Shown here: piece by piece, positions 62,801-64,000 of the stretch
Numbering within the stretch: position 1 is the first letter of the stretch
Layout: each line of letters opens with the position of its first letter
IMG/VR virus record: IMGVR_UViG_3300022562_001814
Span: 64,001 to 128,000 of that record
Strand: one strand, 5' to 3'
Length of the DNA stretch: 64,000 nt
From: a virus
Made by a program: the position numbers and the translations under genes
The notes under the pieces: model-generated
Databases searched by the model: none
What the model saw: only the letters and a program-made list of their open reading frames with translations
What the model was told of the DNA's origin: nothing

Positions 62801-63877
62801 AATGATAATTTTACTCAAAGCATTTGTTTAATTGATAATCCGCTTGTAATAGATAATGACGGAATTTTAGATGTTAAAAAACAAGCTACTATAGAATTTT
62901 GGGTTAATCCAATTTTTGATACAAATAACGATCCCAATTATAGATTTTATTTTGATGCCTTCGGTGAGGTATCAGAGCATTTGGTAAGCACTAACAATGT
63001 TACTATTGATTTAAAGGGAACTGCATCTGAAGTGTTAGGTGTACGTTTAGAAGTAGATGGGCAAAATATTGATTATTTTGCGGGAGGAGAACTTATAAAT
63101 AACGGGTCTACTATTTTGTTACACAAAGCATTGCCAAATCAAAATACCAATGTTATTGTATCATATATACCCAAGGGTCTAAAAGGTGATAGAATTTCTA
63201 TATTTAAAGATCCTTATGGATATATGAACTTTAATATAAGAGCTAATGAGGTTGACTATCAAGTTAGGTCTCCAATATTCTGGGTTAGAAATACTTGGCA
63301 TCGTGTTAAAGTTAGTTATAAAATCAATGGTGGTACGACCGCAGATGAACTTCATCTATTTTTGGATGGATATGAACGAGGTAATATATTATTTGGTAGT
63401 GATTTATTGTTTGGTCAGGGATTGATATACGGCTCTTCATTTGCGGGCCCAAATCAAGTTAAATATAATATTAAATTTACAGATGCTATTAATCAATTTT
63501 TTATCGGTTCAGATTATAATCGTGGTAATTCAGCTTATTGTTTGATAGATAACTTAAGAATTAGTAATATTTCTAGACCATTATATCAACCTTTTGGTGA
63601 ACCATTAGATCCAAATTATTCTAGTAATACTACAATGATATATCCTATTACCGAAGATCTTAATACAACTTTACTACTTAATTTTGACACATTAATTAGT
63701 AAAAACGAAGATTTTGTTACTCTTAATAATAGAGCTTCTGGATTAGCTGATTTTTCAGTTACTATATCGGATTCATTAGATATAATAGATGATAATAGTA
63801 AAATTAAAGAAGTTTTAGAAACATTAATTAAATCTTTTAAACCGGCAAATTCAAGGTGTTATATAATATATAATTAG
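56894..63877 (+). CDS. giant baseplate wedge (gpI-like) protein with two LamG/ConA-like domains
   Basis: RERYR.AI......GPT..AI and C-terminal KPA motif; LamG motifs GTFETWIRP/WIHDELHHVAASW/LFIDG/GVIDELQI and TIEFWVNP/WHRVKVSY/LFLDG/IDNLRISN; 11 DGY. Confidence 0.7.
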   Translation: MTNNLRALSINVVNSVSVKVLFTDSLITTINADNITIVSQTPGVPSPQVLKVRVLDNILEITTQPLTSLAGYFITFASTDTTLFKSLNGTSILFEDGIANKLFFLGPVESTNPVKEYFLNYLSENVYNTDSGTILHDYLNILSTLFVKALYDIRQAKNDNYLSITITDERKTRGETPFDHLNEEGAYEIIRVGKTATNAISSLNLSIDEFNTDPISLLQADFSESLTINSIDSEGIFNINSFILNLSKNFVIKLESVTFTYSNGHLPYSYDISTYGYQILDQKYDSAYAFKYLLLENNQIKLSDKILEDPNFSSEEIFQVQVSYKYKDTGRVIDFDTVEVHSVDSSGREVLPPLLNVFNLKHAPVVTSGNKIGTIGDVSFVDQNTLPILNQQHPAFTTELKFRLDFLPSSIGEYSIDYETGTVYVFGESSANDGTGATPPLAIYNYRQVFKEDIDWVVDTSTSDLVALTAGSLIGNEADIIFNFEQVLAQDIDYKAQIHIEVLDERIDNNLLALNVLSVQNPPITNVFRVYNETTGEIYPVSRWNDSKVFFTYNNPPNIEEFLGERASFEEVNNEIMFVNTVLDTVVPTIKIFKIILNNNNIIAQSEDCIGASFNTSVSLSNNEIFTTELYFDGLQSETLNLSRLTTVGYYFIDYQNGIVYLTVSSDQDFNIGTISYKRGYIATNYPHITSVEDIYYRITTLSAKNKTFEYTDFDDGFILPKSFDLADEQILSQDTNVSYIVSSNKIGALVDSEFVHTVTDDILFIRSIYEIEDLLNNISPLNFTEAASFTNRSITITPIEKQEYHTVEYDGYDGYHLYLNTGLQYLSSNITLDVQVVRLTDQADLWGGIGTVVLGNLVKLILPGINSPAIGDSVLVTYSYTINDLSHVVVDYNKGEYYIDYTALTDEIIVSYEYGANALDFRESSALNAGDTYYVSYKVGALRDALLKNFGSLIDIDILNVFDVTFSRERYRDAITAAMHSFSKGPTVAAIENIGSIISHLPAEVNESVFENWSLGESLLNPRKFNLTGNFDLEVTKYNEGILIDQKDQSISLPAISNLKLDEGTFETWIRPHWDGLDNLAELKIVPLKDGYLISELEIFIGALEYHPTYETDLDTGEQFFTLDKFKQVGGIPNKNKDGVYFYYDRDPVGNFNRWFVEIIDGYANDGYVIDGYVSKKYSLTLHTNGRFYDIKSTTDLQPSTTKITSGTNKLSFVVNSVFPNEGITFVADLPHYIIDYAEEENKNRFSIFKDESGYLNFKIFDKFKTSYTISANVSDWIHDELHHVAASWKLNTKMGRDELHLFIDGFEVPNIIRYGDRIKPYLHEKFRTINPEEVVGAITSNIVSSNDLTTIVGSTQVISSLNFSAYGIVIGDIIYIEEPGFDENGYLITFVNGNTLTLDTVMPVTITDGTFSVNKTAFDVSTEIDVFPNFTVSLLHSFFNYNDLETVIGSNIVTSSTVDFVANNVVPGDLIRINDSSFEKHYIILDVNPNSLILNDDMPNSLSGLSYNIYHNEEEEIPGLRALYPSYELSKSTDGYFTNILTIRNDALIDDLVLIRTLGINHRKVKRRYYVWGNQSNILKTKLPTPISLDEVKINKILIPTTFIGPSNSTLMGGIFTSNNILSDLTSNGVSGRTLSVSIQGDNIDFTTSTTVDINGVVVDTAGVPSVITETLTFTERGIQDTLNLFAQVNYVIVTCKPIKTTSNAAVLEIKEKYPITKAENVDWFVISSSNIPQAIVRYSYQVGVGNSLYSDGYQLGDGYSVTDDNNFFSSSVVGDYLIIHNPLSVAGFYKIIDVSDDHTTLTLDPNTTGSLPLTSFTDGYYEILNTIDFRSGLQNGYFTFEYLALPGEPYFLTEGLYELDYYTYLSIPFDLRPDDMYIGSNFNGKLQLNGVIDELQILNIKLTDTRVGETAAKSQRTITKEFNSLKASETDANSLVLSHFDTVPPINEADVYRYADQNIIQSGEVINDNFTQSICLIDNPLVIDNDGILDVKKQATIEFWVNPIFDTNNDPNYRFYFDAFGEVSEHLVSTNNVTIDLKGTASEVLGVRLEVDGQNIDYFAGGELINNGSTILLHKALPNQNTNVIVSYIPKGLKGDRISIFKDPYGYMNFNIRANEVDYQVRSPIFWVRNTWHRVKVSYKINGGTTADELHLFLDGYERGNILFGSDLLFGQGLIYGSSFAGPNQVKYNIKFTDAINQFFIGSDYNRGNSAYCLIDNLRISNISRPLYQPFGEPLDPNYSSNTTMIYPITEDLNTTLLLNFDTLISKNEDFVTLNNRASGLADFSVTISDSLDIIDDNSKIKEVLETLIKSFKPANSRCYIIYN

Positions 63878-63889
63878 AAGGTACGTATA

Positions 63890-64000
63890 ATGAGAAAACC
63901 AATAAGCGCTAAACAAAATATTTGGTTTAATGGACAAGCAGTCGATAATAGCGATCTTACATTAGAGCAAGATTATAATAATCTAATCCAAACCGGTTTG
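63890..64000 (+). CDS. 5' end of next structural gene (truncated by window end)
   Basis: MRKPISAKQNIWFNGQAVDNSDLTLEQDYN; F.GQ....DL..EQ.Y motif typical of baseplate/fibre-attachment proteins; GAAGG RBS. Confidence 0.65.
   Translation, partial: MRKPISAKQNIWFNGQAVDNSDLTLEQDYNNLIQTGL

Noticed and set aside
3785-63877. DGY as a DNA-level repeat (gatggttat)
   Set aside because: Third positions vary freely and the motif stays in the same reading frame; the signal is at protein level
1-64000. CRISPR array, tRNA/rRNA, DGR, invertible cassette, IS element
   Set aside because: No regularly spaced nucleotide repeats, cloverleaf, reverse transcriptase, recombinase or transposase seen; spacers are too short
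1-64000. Alternative genetic code (stop-codon reassignment)
   Set aside because: Very long ORFs and near-complete coding density under the standard code; genes abut at TAA/TAG stops
1-64000. Bacterial eCIS/tailocin locus or eukaryotic giant virus
   Set aside because: Neck genes, frameshifting chaperone, homing endonucleases and Shine-Dalgarno sites fit a large phage; no host housekeeping context

Overview
AT-rich, densely coding 64 kb segment of a large (jumbo-type) tailed phage with a contractile tail, read in standard genetic code. Most of the window is a + strand morphogenesis region: putative decoration/fibre proteins, neck/head-closure, fibres and a glycine-rich adhesin, holin-like protein, tail terminator, sheath (31307), tube (35457), tail-assembly chaperone with an A-AAA-AAA -1 frameshift, tape measure, hub, spike, gp25-like wedge, baseplate J and a 2327-aa gpI-like/LamG protein. 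It is interspersed with five free-standing homing endonucleases (1 LAGLIDADG, 2 GIY-YIG, 2 HNH) plus one degenerate copy. Accessory genes are a beta-class DNA methyltransferase, RNase HII, a cold-shock protein, an HExxH peptidase and a lipoprotein. No capsid, portal, terminase, tRNA or CRISPR was seen. The most striking unexplained signal is the tripeptide Asp-Gly-Tyr (DGY). It occurs about 41 times (hand count), with varied codons and sometimes in tandem, across 13 ORFs that are mostly predicted outer virion proteins. It is absent from tube, tape measure, hub, spike, baseplate J and all enzymes, suggesting a virion-wide modification or docking motif. All product calls come from motifs and gene order only; no database search was run.
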